Shown here in pieces: positions 37,201 through 50,260 of a stretch of 64,000 bases of DNA. The position numbers and the translations under genes are program-made. Source of the stretch: Leucoraja ocellata. Its lineage: Eukaryota. Location: the NCBI GenBank assembly GCA_036785375.1, contig JAWMAR010000029.1:5704001-5768000 (forward strand). The letters are read 5' to 3'. Within the stretch, counting starts at the first letter, position 1. Every line of letters begins with the position of its first letter. Under the pieces are notes generated by a model. That model was not told where the DNA came from, did no database searches, and worked only from the letters and a program-made list of their open reading frames with translations.

Positions 37201-40200
37201 CAGCATTCAGTGGCAGTGCCTAAACTGTAGTTGTAGTGTGTGTGCTATTATTATTGGGCGTAGATATCACAGACTGCTTGCTGTGTATATTGATTCTTTG
37301 TATTGCATGAAGTTTTATCATGGAAAGAAATTTAGAATCCAGAAATACCCAGGAGGATATACTTTTTAATATACCATATATTTAAAATGTAGGTCCCTTT
37401 TTAAAATCTATGGTGCTAAATTTGAGTACATGATAATCATACGGTTCATAACACTGCTGATCTTGAAATATGACTCAAATACAATTATTCATTGATGTTT
37501 GAAAATAATGAACTACTGTTTGCAATGAATGGTAAGCATGAAACAATTGGACTGTCATTAATGATGTTCATTATCCACTGAAATTGCTTGCCAATCGCCT
37601 AATTGTCACCAAATTATTGAAACAAAGTCATTGAATTTGGACAAGGCAAAGGTATACTAATCCCACTAAACTCTGCAGAAATATCTGATGTTTTGGGGCA
37701 GTTGCCTTGCAGACAATTCAAGGACAATCTGGACAGTGTGCGGCTCAAAGCTGTTTCCAGTATGTCCAACAAGGTACTTGGGCAAATCATGTCTTACTCG
37801 TAGGTCAAATCCATGATACATTCGGGCAGAATAATATATATGCGTGGTGATGTGAATGGGACAGAAGATGGAGGTGGGATAGCCTTGGAATCATCAATAT
37901 TGATTCTACAATCTTCCACTGGGAAACAAAATCTCTTGATAATCATCTTACGTACTCGTTCAACTGTATTGCTTTATGCTGAACAGCAATTCTGACACTG
38001 TTAATAGTAACACTGAGAATAGTCATCATTTTGGGGGTCTTCAAAATTGGAGGAAACTGTTCTTGAACCTGGTGATGTGTGCTATTAAGCTTTTGTGTCT
38101 TGTGCACGACAGGAGAGGTGAGAAGAGGGAATGAATGGGGGTATGATTGGTCCTTGATTATATTGGCTGCTTTCTTCAGGCAGGGTGAAATGTAGATGGT
38201 AGTCGAAAGGGGACAATTGTTTTAGACACCCTCCCATTATCTATTGGAGTGCGATAAAATATTCAGATGAATGTAACTTCAATAGTATTCAATTCCAAGC
38301 ACCACCCAGAACAAAGCAATGTGCTTAATCACTGCACGTCCACTATCTTAAATATTAATTCCCTTCACGACTGATGCATCTTGGCTGCACTGTTTACTTT
38401 GGACTATGCATTGCAGCAATTTGCAAAGTAATTTTTGATAGACTTTCCAAACCTTTAACCACCTAAATCTGGAACAGCAAGAGCAGGAAGGTGGGGCGGA
38501 TACTGGAATCTTGCACATATGTGGTTCTTTCAACACCATTGGGTCAAATTCTTAAACACCTGACCTAACACACAATCTCAACACATTGTGCAAGGGGTTT
38601 ACCACAAAGATTGCATGCCACCTTTTCAAGAGGAGATTTGATGGACAATAAATGCTGGATTTGCTGAATGTGGTACCCACATTCTTTGTATGAAAAGGAA
38701 AGAACAACTTCTCTGTACTTGCACAAACAATAAATGACCAAAACAGAATAATACGCATCAGTGAAATGGATCTGTGCTACTCAACTGGTATGACCTTGCA
38801 CTCCAAACAGCTGTGGTTTCTGGTTAATTTGTCTTGGCACTTCACAAGAGTCCTAACTGTAAGCTTGCTTTCAAGCCTCAAGGAATTTCCACATCAGATT
38901 AATTTGGCAATGACCTGATAAATTAAAATCTGGCAATATCTCAACCAGGAATGCCCTTATTGACTTTGTAATTAAACTATCTATGCACAAATACCTAAGC
39001 AAATTGTTAAAAAAAAGCATACAGTATATGACATTTTTGCTAATTTCCAATAATTTATTAATATGTTTTGTGGACCATTCTTGTTCTGCATACCTGTATG
39101 AGGTTTGATAATCACAATTCATTTAGATTATTTGGAAGTAGAAATATTTTAGCGTGAGACTTCAAGAATTGAATATTTTTGATATCTTTAACTGCACAAA
39201 GTGGTATATTTATTTGTGAAGAGGATTGTTATCCATTTCCTTTTTAATAGTGTGTTATCCTCTTTCATGCTCTTATTCTGATACTTAACTAAGTTATGCA
39301 TTGCTGTAAGTGCAGTGGCATGTAAAATATATTTCATTCATCCTTATCGTGACGTGCTCTTAAACCTAACAATTACTAAATATTTGCATTAAGCATTCTA
39401 ATGTCATGATTTTGTTGAAGCAAATGCAAAGCTTGTAGCAAAGCATATGAGAACAAATAAATGTAGTTTCCAAGAATACTCTTCATGGGAATTACTGCAT
39501 AAAATGCCAAGCCAAATAGTAATCAAACTAACGTAATTGAATGTTGAGAAAACAACCCATATTATAGGATGTGTAAAATGAATGCATTAATAATGTTATT
39601 ATGTGTTCCCACTACCACACTTTAACACATTCACTTCTTAAAGTTGTAACTGATGCAGCCATAATTGTCACGGGAAGATACTTAAATTCAATACGAATGT
39701 AGTAAAGCAAATTGATTGATGGGAAAGCTATGTGCTTCCTGCATGTTGTATATGCAAGTATTAATTAGATCTGGTTGCTTGCTTAAATAGGAATATGATC
39801 AATGCTGAATGCCCTTAGCACTAGGTTTAAAACAATAATAGAAAACTGAGGAAGATTTTATTTAGAGATTTGTACAAGTTACTAATTGGAAGCTTTTTTG
39901 AGAAAGAAGTTCCGTTATCAAAGATTTAGTGGACCATAAACAGGATGCGTGACTGAATCTTTTCTAATTCAGTAAAATAAACTTCGGACACAGACTAAAT
40001 CGCAGAGGGATATTTTGATTTCCTGCATTAAAAAAAAATTGCCTGAAACCTGCTCTTGTCAGTTATCGAAAGACCAGGCGGTGAATGGTTGGTGGAATCG
40101 AGAAGGAAAAATGGGAATTTGGAATTGAGGAGTTTTCTAAAGAAATTGAAAGCCACGTCAATTTCCTGTGCAGATTAATTTATCCAGTACCTGAATATTT

Positions 40201-41773
40201 ATTGATGATATGTATGAAGGGACTAAAGTGTATTCTAGTCAGATTAACCAATGATACACGGATAGGTAGGCTAAAATGTGTTGAGGAAACAATCAGAGGA
40301 GGGATATAGATCTGTTAAAGAGTGGGGAAATAAGTTGAGAGGTGGAGTATAATGTTGAAAAATATGAAGTTATTCACTTTGGAAGGAAGAAGGGCAGCAA
40401 GTTATTATTTTAAAAGGGCCTACAAAATGATGCAATACAAAGCAATGTGGGGATTTTAAGTGCATGAAGTTGCTGAAGATGTGGAATGTCGGCCTTTATT
40501 GTCAGAGATATGTATTAAAAAAACAATTGTTTTGATGTGACTTTACATGATTCTAGTCAGTATCATCTAACAGCATCCAGAGGACTGCACACAATATAGT
40601 GTCAATATTTAAGAAAATATATATACAATCTTCTGCGAAATTCAGGTAGGGAAAGATTTTGGCAACTCTTCTGGAGAAAATATATCTGGTAGAATGGGAT
40701 TAATATATGATGAGCGTTCGAACAGGTCGGGCCTGTTCTCATTGGACTTTAGAAAATGATGATCTTATTGAATTCTTTCTGAGGAAAATTTGCATGGTGG
40801 ATGCTGAAATGATGTTTTGCCTTGTTGGGTATATAGTACACAGTGTTAGAATAAGGAGTTTTCAATGTAAAACATACTCTGAGGCTCACGACCACTACTG
40901 CAAACAGCTGCAAATATGATGGATATTGATAGATAATTGAACCACAAGGGAGTTATAAGTAATACAAATACGGGGCAAGACTGGAAAGCTGATGTCTAAG
41001 CCAGAATTGCAGAAGCCATGATTTTATTGAATGGTGTAGTTGATTGGAAGGCGCATTGGCTTACTTCTGTTTTTGCCTTTTCTGAATACAGGATCCCAGG
41101 ACACTTGTTGATCATTGTTCCACTAGCCTGATTCAAAAGTATAGCCTAGTATTATAACACATATCACAGAGGGTACAGGTAATGCTATAACTGTGACCCT
41201 AACTATTTCAGCAAGTAACAGATAATGTGCAGGTATTGTTGAACGCATGAACCGTGCCATTTTAGCTTATGAAAATAAGGCTGTTCTCTGTACACACATC
41301 GTTGGTAACTAAACTTTGTGCTACGAGGTAACAAGAAGATGGTGTGCCTATCATTCCATGCAACTGGAAACTTGAACATGGCAGCAGATTTTCATGCAAA
41401 TTATTTATTTCAAACCTGCGTTTTTATCTATAGCTCTCATCCTGTTTTTTGATATTACATAATTTGCTTCAGCCAATATTAAATATTAGTTTCCAGGCCA
41501 TTTGGGTCTTCTACATCTAAGAGAGTAATTGTCATAAGCTAGATCTTTCATCAGTGTCCATTGCGAACTCCATTGAGACTTGGTTGGAATCAGCTTTGGG
41601 AACTTATTTTACTTAAGTGCAGTAGGGAGAACCACGCACAGTTGACTCTAGTCTTCCAGTCTGTAATGTCCCATGGTCTGCATGAGGTGCCCTATTGCTT
41701 TATTCCTTACAGATTCAACTATTTTGATGTTGATCTCAATGTTTTATACGTAAATTTTAACATTCTTTTATGC

Positions 41774-41971
41774 TGTGGAGGCACCAAACGTGGTGAACAA
41801 ATGGGTTACTTTATTCAGGCACAAAAGGTTTGTTATACATGCATGTTGGTCCTCTAACATAAAGTTGTTGTTGCTGCTGCGAGGCTGTTGCCTCGTGGGC
41901 TCAAGTTGAGCCCCTGCTGAGGTGGAAGGACACTCACCCCTAGAGGGAAGAGAGCTGGTCAGCTCGAAGTA

Positions 41972-42005
<34 letters not shown>

Positions 42006-42122
42006 CGGGTTGTCCCCGGGTTAGTTATATATCCCAGGACACACCTGCGTACCTCGTGACAACTCCTCCCTGCCATTGCCCAGGCACATGACCGACTGCT
42101 GACGGTTCGTGTAGTTCCTACA
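41774..42122 (-). mobile_element. Possible solo LTR
   Basis: TGT...ACA termini, 349 bp. On the minus strand a TATA-like GATATATAA precedes a (TC)n tract and an AATAAA near the end. No TSD found. Confidence 0.4.
41972..42005. repeat. (GA)n microsatellite
   Basis: Direct reading of the sequence. Confidence 0.9.
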
Positions 42123-43838
42123 TCTACAGCTCTGCCCTCATCAACCTTTTATGTCATGTCTTCAAAAAAAAATCAATCAAATTTGTGAGACACGACCTCC
42201 CACATACAAAACCATGCTGACTATCCCTAATCAGCCCTTGTCCATCCAAATGCCTGTACATCCTATCCCTCAGAATATTCTCCAGTAACTTTCCAACTAC
42301 AGATGTTAAGATCACCGGCCTATAGTTCCCAGCGTTTTCCCTGCAGCCCTTCTTGAAAAGCGGTACAACATTTGCCACCCTCCAGTCTTCCGGCACCTAT
42401 CCTGTATTTAAGGACAACTCGGAAATTTCAACCAGGGCTCCCGTAATTTTCTCTCTAGTTTCCCGCAATATCCTTGGATATATCAGATCAGACCCTGGAG
42501 ATTTGTCTACCTTCAAACATCGACAGTGCCTTCAGTACTTCTTCGACAGCAACCCTGACTGCACTCAAGACACTTCCAGTGACTGCTCCAATTTCCTCCA
42601 TCCTACTGTCTTTCTCCTCGGTAAATACAGAGGAGAAATACTCAGTTAGGACCTTGCCCATCTCTTGTGGTTCCACACAGAGGTGACCGCTTTGATTCCT
42701 GAGCGGTCCCATTCTCTTTCTAGTTATCCTTTTCCCCCTTATGTATTTTTTTTAGTTTACAACTTAGTTCCCAAAATTCTTCCAGGGATGCACTTGATCT
42801 CAGCTATTTATACCTGTCCCGTGCATCCTTCTTGTTTTTGACTAACGTCTCAATTTCACTCGTCAGCCAAGCTTCTTTACATTTGCCTGCTTTGCCATTC
42901 ACACCAACGGGGACATACACATCCTGAACCTTCTTCAGTACTCTTTTAAAAACATCCCATTTGGCCGATGATCCTTTCCCCTCAAATAACCTGCTAAAGT
43001 CAACTTGAGCGAGACCTTCTCTCATACGCTCAAAGTGGCCTTACCCCAGTTGAGCATTTTAATATGTGGACCCTCTCCGTCCCTATCCATAACTATCTTA
43101 AACCTAATCGAACTGTGTTCACTGGTCCCAAAATGCTCCTCCACACACACTTCATTAACTTGCTCTTTCCAATTTCCCAATACTAGATCCAGCGTTTCCC
43201 TACCACATGTGGGGGCCTCCACATATGGCTTAAGAAAACTCTCCTGAACACTTTTGAGGAATTGCACCCCATCTGAACCCTTCTCACTATGGTTTTCCCA
43301 GTGTATATTGGGAAAGTTAAAATTCCCTACTACAACAACCTTATTTGACCTGCAGCTGTCTGCAATCTCCCGGCACATTTGGTCTTGTAATTCCTGTTGA
43401 CTATTCGGTGGTCTGTAGTACACCCCACAAGAAGGTGATCATCCCTTTCTTGTTCCTCACTGCCACCCATATAGCCTCACTAGAGGAACCATCCGTAATG
43501 TCACCTCTGAATACAGCCGTGACATCCTCCTTAACCAACACTGCAACCTACCCTCCTTTTTCCCCTCACCCCTGTCTCTCCTGAAGCTCTTGTACCCCAG
43601 GACATTGAACTGCCAGTCCTGCCCCTCCCTTAACCAAGTTTGAGTTGTGGCTACAACGTCCCAGTTGCTTGTACCTATCCATGCCCAAAGCTCATCTGCT
43701 TTACCCGTCAGGCCCCTTGCAATAAAATACGTGCAGCTTAAACCAACCTTCCTTCCTCGCTCTCCACCTTTCACCTGCCTATTCAGTCCACTAACCCCCC
43801 CCCCCCCCCCCCCCCCCCCGCCAATCTAGTTTAAACCC
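42121..43838 (-). mobile_element. CR1 LINE fragment spanning the ORF1 end, APE endonuclease and RT N-terminus (3' part missing)
   Basis: YYRPPNS...GNFNFPNIHW...LDLVLGN...EHFGTSEH and PEDWRVANVVPLFKKG...NYRPV...SQHGFVCGRSCLTNLIDFF. Confidence 0.92.
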
Positions 43839-44714
43839 ACCCTCCAGCACCTATGGAGAAAAAAAGGACACGTGACGTTTCGGCTTGGGACTATTCTTCA
43901 GACTGCTAGCTGATCTGGGCTGTTTGAAAAAATCTGTCAGGCCCCCCCCCCCCCCCATCAGAATGTGCTGAGCAATTACATAAGATTAATAAAAGTCACA
44001 TGTAACACTTGAACAGTATAAAAATAATTTCTTACATTTAGCTCAATTCAGTTAAATCACTAGAAAGAAAAATGCTTTATTCTTGCCTGTCTGTCTGCTC
44101 CCTTTAAAATTGATGTGGCCTCACTGCAGTAGAAGATCTGCCCCAGTATATTCAACAGTTTCAGCTGCCCATTTATCCTTTTGATGCGTCTTCTCCATTT
44201 GCCACTCAGTTGATAACCATTCATTCAGTGGACAAGGACTCATGTGTAGAAAAGAACTACAGATGCTGGTTTAAATCGAAAGTAGACACAATCGAAGGGA
44301 CAAGGATGCATCCTTGGAATTCCCTGCTGAAGTCTTCCCACCTCTCACTTCGTCTTTGAAACCTCTTCTGAAACCCATCTTCTTGACTAAGCTTTTGATC
44401 ACTCCACTTAACTGCCCAGAGTCTAATTATTTTGTATTTCACTATTGAACATTTCTTTGTGTTGAAACTGAGATACAAAATATTTTGTGATAGGAGAAGA
44501 TTTAGTTGGCATCTTTTTTTTTTTCTGGCATATCATTGAGCAGTACAGCACAGAAACAAGTCTTTCGGCCCATAATGTTCGTGCTAAACTACACTATTCT
44601 CTGCCTGCATGTGATCTATATCCCACCCATTCTGTATACCTGTGTACTATCGAAAAGCCTCATAACAACATTGTCATATCTGCAGCCGCCACCACCCTGG
44701 CAACATGTTCTAGG

Positions 44715-44807
44715 ATAGACGCAAAAAGCTAGAGTAACTCGTGCGGGACAGGCAGCATCTCTGGAGAGAAGGAATGGATGACGTTTTGGGTCGAGGCCCT
44801 TCTTCAG
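44715..44807 (-). mobile_element. 93-bp Penelope pLTR mini-insertion (hammerhead G12 mutated)
   Basis: TSD acatgttc(t/c)agg at 44703-44714 and 44808-44819. Same pLTR sequence as 23985-24081. Confidence 0.85.
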
Positions 44808-45723
44808 ACATGTTCCAGGCATCCTCTGTGTAAAGAACTTGCCCCGCACATCTCTTTTAAACTTTTCCCCGCTATCCCACTAGTCTTTAACATTTCCACT
44901 CTGGGGGAAAAAGGCTCTGACTGCCTACCCTTTGTCTGCTTCTCATAATTTTATATAATTCGATCAGGTCTCCCCTCAACCCCCGATGCTCCAGAGTAAA
45001 CAATCTAAGTTGTGTTCTCACTTTCAGAGAGCGATGGCGACCATCTGTGGATGTGTAATCTGCCTTTCTTATTGACATGAAATTCACGAAAATGTACAAT
45101 CTACTGTGGTATAAAATATTTGTTACATTCAGTGTAAACCTTTTCAAATTGCATTCCTAGTGTGTGACCGAATGTGATATCAGGCAACATTTTAAGACAT
45201 AACTCTCTTAAGATTCTTTCTTGCACTTTAAGAGGCTTCTGTGTTAATTCATCATTGAAATGTTTACCTAGTTTAAATTGCAGTTGCATCATAAAACCAG
45301 TGAAATGTCCATGTAATTACTAATTTTCTCATTTTTAATCATCCATAAAAGCCATGAAGCATAAAAAAACGAAATAAAAGCTTACACGGGCAGAAAATAG
45401 CAGCCTATCGGAGGACCCATATGTGTGTACATTAGAATGATTGTTCACCCTCAGGCTGTTGAACTCTACTTCCTTTTTATGTAATAACATTAGGACCTGG
45501 TTGTTTATACAAAAAGAACTCCTTTATGGTTTTAAAATAAAACCTGGAGTTCTGAAATACAGTGCCCTCCATAATGTCTGGGACAAAGACCCATCATTTA
45601 TTTATTTGCCTCTGTACTCCAGAATTTGAGATTTGTAATAAAAATCACACATGGTTAAAGTGCACATTGTCAGATTTTATCAAAGGGTATTTTTAGACAT
45701 TTTGGTTTCACCATGTAGGAATT

Positions 45724-45909
45724 CTTCTTTTCGTGTCCATCTTGTTAGAAATGTTGATCTCGCTGTCATCGTCCGTCCTGAAATGGACGTAAGCTTCTGG
45801 CGACAATCAGTGGAAGCCATCACTTGTCGCAATAGATGATGATGGTAGCAGAATTAGCGCAGGATACTTCCAGTTCCCAGCCCTGTGACATGGATGTTTC
45901 TGCTATGGG
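45724..45909 (-). mobile_element. 186-bp retroposed insertion in the left TIR of the second Tc1 (non-LTR 3' end; family uncertain, possibly Vingi/RTE-like)
   Basis: 13-bp TSD ccatgtag(g/a)aatt at 45711-45723 and 45910-45922. Absent from the right TIR. Minus strand ends ggacacgaaaagaag. Confidence 0.75.
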
Positions 45910-46119
45910 CCATGTAGAAATTGCAGCTGTGTTTATACATAGTTCCCCCCCCCCCCCCCCCCCCCCCCCCTCCATTTCAGGGCACCATAATGTTTGGGAC
46001 ACATGGCTTCACAGGATTTGGAATTGCCTCCTTAATGCGGGTATAAGAGAGCTCTCAGCACCTCATCCTTCCTCCAGTTTTTCCATCACCTCTGGAAACT
46101 TTTATTACTGTTTATCAAT

Positions 46120-47132
46120 ATGAGGACCAAAGTTCTGCCAATGAAAGTCAAAGAAGCCATTATGAGACTGAGAAACAAGAATAAAACTGTTAGAGATATC
46201 AGCCAAACCTTAGGCTTACCAAAATCAACTGTTTAGAACATCATTAAGAAGAAAGAGAGCACTGGTGAGCTTACTAATCGCAAAGGGACTGGTGGGCCAA
46301 GGAAGACCTCCAGAGCTGATGACAGAAGAATTCTCTCTATAATAAACAAAAATCCCCAAACACCTGTCTGACAGATCAGGTGTGGATTTGTCAATGACCA
46401 CTGTCTGCAGAAGACTTCATGAACAGAAATACAGAGGCTACACTGCAAGATGCAAACCACTGGCTAGCCACAAGAATAGGATAGCCAGTTGACAGTTTGC
46501 CAAGACGTACTTAAAAGAGCAACCACTGTTCTGGAATAAGTTCTTGTGGACAGATGAGATGAAGATGAACATATTAGAGTGATGGCAAGAGCAAAGTATG
46601 GAGGAGAGAAGGAAAGGCCCAAGATCCAAAGCATGCCACCACATCTGTGAAGCATGGTGGTGGGATTGTTTTGGCCTGGGCATGTATGGCCGCTGAAGGT
46701 ACTGGCTCACTTATCTTCATTGATGATACAACTGCTGATGGTAGTAGCATAATGAATTCTGAAGTGTATAGACACGTCCTATCTGCTCAAGTTCAAACAA
46801 ATGCCTTAAAACTCATTGGCCGGCGGTTCATTAAACAGCAAGACAATGATCCTAAACATCCTGCTGAAGCAACAAGGGAGATTTTCAAAGCTAAAAAATT
46901 GTCAATTCTTGAGTGGCCAAGTCAATCACCTGATCTGAACACAGATGAGCATGCCTTTTATATGCTGAAGAGAAAACTGAAGGGGACTAGCCCGCAAAAC
47001 AAGCATAAGCCAAAGATAGCTGCATTACAGGCCTGGCAGAGCATCACCAGAGAAGACACCCAGCAACTGGTGATATCAAGACATCATATACTTCAAGCAG
47101 TCATTGCATGCAAAGGATATGCAACAAAATAA
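46120..47132 (+). pseudogene. Tc1 transposase pseudogene
   Basis: MRTKVLPMKVKEAIMRLR start; WTDEMK, KHGGG, QQDNDPKH, SQSPDLNTDEH motifs. Contains internal stops and frameshifts. Confidence 0.92.
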
Positions 47133-49089
47133 TAAACATGACTACTTTCATTTACATGACATTCATGTGTCCCAAACATTATGGTGCCCCAAAATGGGGG
47201 GGGGGGGGGGGGGGGGGGCTATGTATAAACACAGCTGTAATTTCTACACGGTGAAACCAAAATGTACAAAAAGGGTCTTTATTAACATTTGACAATGTGC
47301 ACTTTAACCACATGTGATTTTTTTTCTATTACAAATCTCAAATTGTGGAGTACAGAGGCAAATAAATAAATGATGGGTCTTTGTCCCAAACATTATGGAG
47401 GCCACTGTGAGGATGTCATTTGCAATGTGTCTCATACAGTGCAGCATTTCAAAAAGCAATTTTGTTTTGTGGAATGGATGACATAAGCCTGTGGGCACTT
47501 AGAATGTAAAGGGAGTTAATTTCATAGCACATGAACAGTAAGTTAATGCATTATTTTACAATGAAATATTTGAGAAACTACAGAAAGTAATGTTTAGATG
47601 CGTACTGCAATGTTCCCTGTTATTTAAGTGATGTTACACTCCTGTGGGCTCTGCAACGAATTAAATGACAAGTGCTGCACTTCCTGTTGCTTTTACTTGC
47701 AACCCAGAGTTATTTTGGCAATTTATTAAAGTCAGCATCGTAATATGTGAAAGGAATGTGCAGCAGAGATTTCTATTGTCTGCCAACTACTGCAGTAAGA
47801 ATAAATGCATTGGATGACAAAGAATAATTTATGGACTGCTCAAGGCACATAATCCATATTTATATTTTAAATAGCACTGTTAGATGTAGAGCATCTTTAA
47901 AAAAAATATGATTTGTTCTAACATAATAAATTGAAAATAAATGCTTAGGAATCAAACATCAGATGAAATTTGTTGTAAATTATTATTATGACTTGAAAAA
48001 TTTAAAATGACTTTTAATCTCGGAAAATTCTCCTTAAATTAAAAATTAGGTTTACATTGAAAAGAGCTTACTCTGGATAGACTGTGATTACTCCAGTAGT
48101 TACCGAATTTGAGATAATTCATCTTGTTGTTTTACCGTGGTGCTTACATCATTGCTGAAAGTAGAAAACAATTTGCTTTGAATGGTTGATAATAAACTGA
48201 TTTACATTTATAACGAATATGGGAACAAAATCGCTTTTTACAAATCTTTTTCACCATTTATTTCAGTTGTATGATCGGGCAATCTCATTCAATCGAACAA
48301 ATAAAATCGTGGTATGCAGTTTTCAATCATTTATACTGCCTGTGATTCTTTCCTTATTATTGAAATGGGGTGTTACAATGAAAAAAGCTTGTGAATGCAT
48401 TCCTGTAATGTTGACCGTTGGAGTTTAAATTATAATTCTCCCAATCAAAGTCTTCGGTAAATATTCTAAGAATTTGGTGAATCAGGCAGAATAAAATTGC
48501 ACTATTTTCAACTCCTCGACTGCCGATGCCATCTTTTACTATGGGATAAAAAAGTCAGATTTTGTGGAGCTAGGATTGAGAATGTGAAATTAAGTTAGGC
48601 CATATTGATGATTACAAAGAAGACTTTGAAGAAGAAGGCAAAGATTAAGCATGAACAATAATGGGTGAGCAATAGTGACAGGACATAATGGGCAAAACAG
48701 AATGAGCATCTTTAAGAGGAAAGAATTTAGCACCTTTAAGAAATAACCAGATGTGTGAAATTATGTAGTTGGAAGCACACAAATCTTCAAACAGTTATGG
48801 CACTAACATTAGCAATACATTTATTTATAGCCAGGATAATACAAAATGATGGAAACACTCACCAAGTCAGAATAAGTTAGTTTTAGTAGAAGAGATGTTT
48901 AGGAGTGATGAGTAGAGTAAAGAGAGTATCTCAAATAAACTGGTACTCAGAAGCCCATTTCACTTATTTATGTCTACTTTATCTTGTCATTGTTTAAGCT
49001 GGCAAATAGTATTAAAAGCAAAAGGAAAGCTGAGCCAAAATAATGATAGGCAGAAATGGCCAGTCCCTATTGGGACAAAATAAAAGAGT

Positions 49090-50260
49090 GGCTTACCTAA
49101 AATTTGAGAATTCAGTGTTGAATCCGAAAGGCTGCAACGTGCTCAGATGGAAGTTGAGATGTTGTTCCTTAAAGTGAAAATATGTCAGAATGCAAGATGA
49201 AATTAAGATGGGAGGCAAACAGAAGCTCAGGGTCATTGCTGTAGAGTGAATGCAGGCGCTTTGTAGGGAGGAACTCTGTTTTTGTTTTCTCCAATATAGA
49301 GATGACAGCAATTGTGAGCACTGAATGCCGTACTTGATGGAGAAAAGTGCAAGGGAATGCTGCTTCACCTAAGATGATTGCTTGTGTCCCTTGCTGGTGG
49401 GAAGGGATGGGGTGAAGGATAGGTGTTACAATTCTTGCAGTTTCATAAGAAAGTGCCATTAAACTGTGAATGGCTGGTGGGGATGGAGGAGCAGACAGTG
49501 AATTGCAAAAGAAGCAACGTATTCAGCATGTTAATAGGGGAGGAGATGGGACGTGGTGGTTGAATCTTGTTAGATCGCACACACGTACAATGCGATAGAT
49601 TACACGTTGAATGTTAAGACTGGAGGGATGATAACCGGTGGTCTCTTGTTCTTGCTCTGTCTAAGAGGAGAGTGAATGAGAGTGGAGAACAGATGTGGAA
49701 ATGAATGAGATGCAATCAAGTGTTCTGGCCAATATGGTTTAGGACAAGCTGTGGTCAGGAAGAAGGAAGACATTTCAAAGGCATCTGTGTAGAATGCCGT
49801 ATCATAGGACTAAATGCAACAGAGAAGGAGGAAACAGAAAAATGTGAAGGAGTCCTTCAAGGAAGCGGAGTGAGGGTATTATGTCCAAGGCAGTCATGGG
49901 AATTTGCCTGCTGCCAGCCTATCTCCTGAGCTGGAGACAAAGAGATCCAGAAAAGGAAGAAGTAGAAATAGACCATGTGAGGCAAGAGCAGGTTTGAAAC
50001 CGGCAGCAAAGAATGACTACATTTTCAAGTATAAGATCGAAAGTAGGATCAGTGTAGTTTCAATGTTCCTGAAAAATAAGTTGAGGAGATGACCAAAGTA
50101 GGACTGATCAAGAATGTGCCAAGTGTTTCACAAGACAAGTGTAGCTTGGACACGTATGTGTGCTCATAGCCAATATTTGATGTGGAGAAAATGTATTGAA
50201 GGAGGAGTTGTTCAATGTGAGGACATGGTCGGCCAGGTCAATGAGCATGGTGACAGAGCA
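49090..50260 (-). mobile_element. Old Penelope-like element (RT to GIY-YIG), heavily decayed
   Basis: ORF 49093..49368(-) ends KEQHLNFHLSTLQPFGFNTEFSNFR*. RT-like VLTLNN...AMST motif near 50140-50240. Confidence 0.65.

Larger units (their letters stand above)
45560..47407 (+). mobile_element. Second Tc1/mariner IR/DR element (different family), full length but decayed
   Basis: TA|cagtgccctccataatg... at 45558-45560 and ...cattatggaggccactg|TG at 47407. About 240-bp TIRs with inner and outer DR cataatgt(t/c)tgggaca. Confidence 0.95.

Noticed and set aside
39293-39310. Possible 12-nt microexon before GTAAGT
   Set aside because: The acceptor would be AAG with a purine-interrupted tract, much weaker than the 58408 candidate.
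46647-47132. Functional or domesticated transposase (161-aa ORF)
   Set aside because: The upstream half has stops and frameshifts, and the SPDLNPIE motif is altered. It is an ordinary decayed copy.
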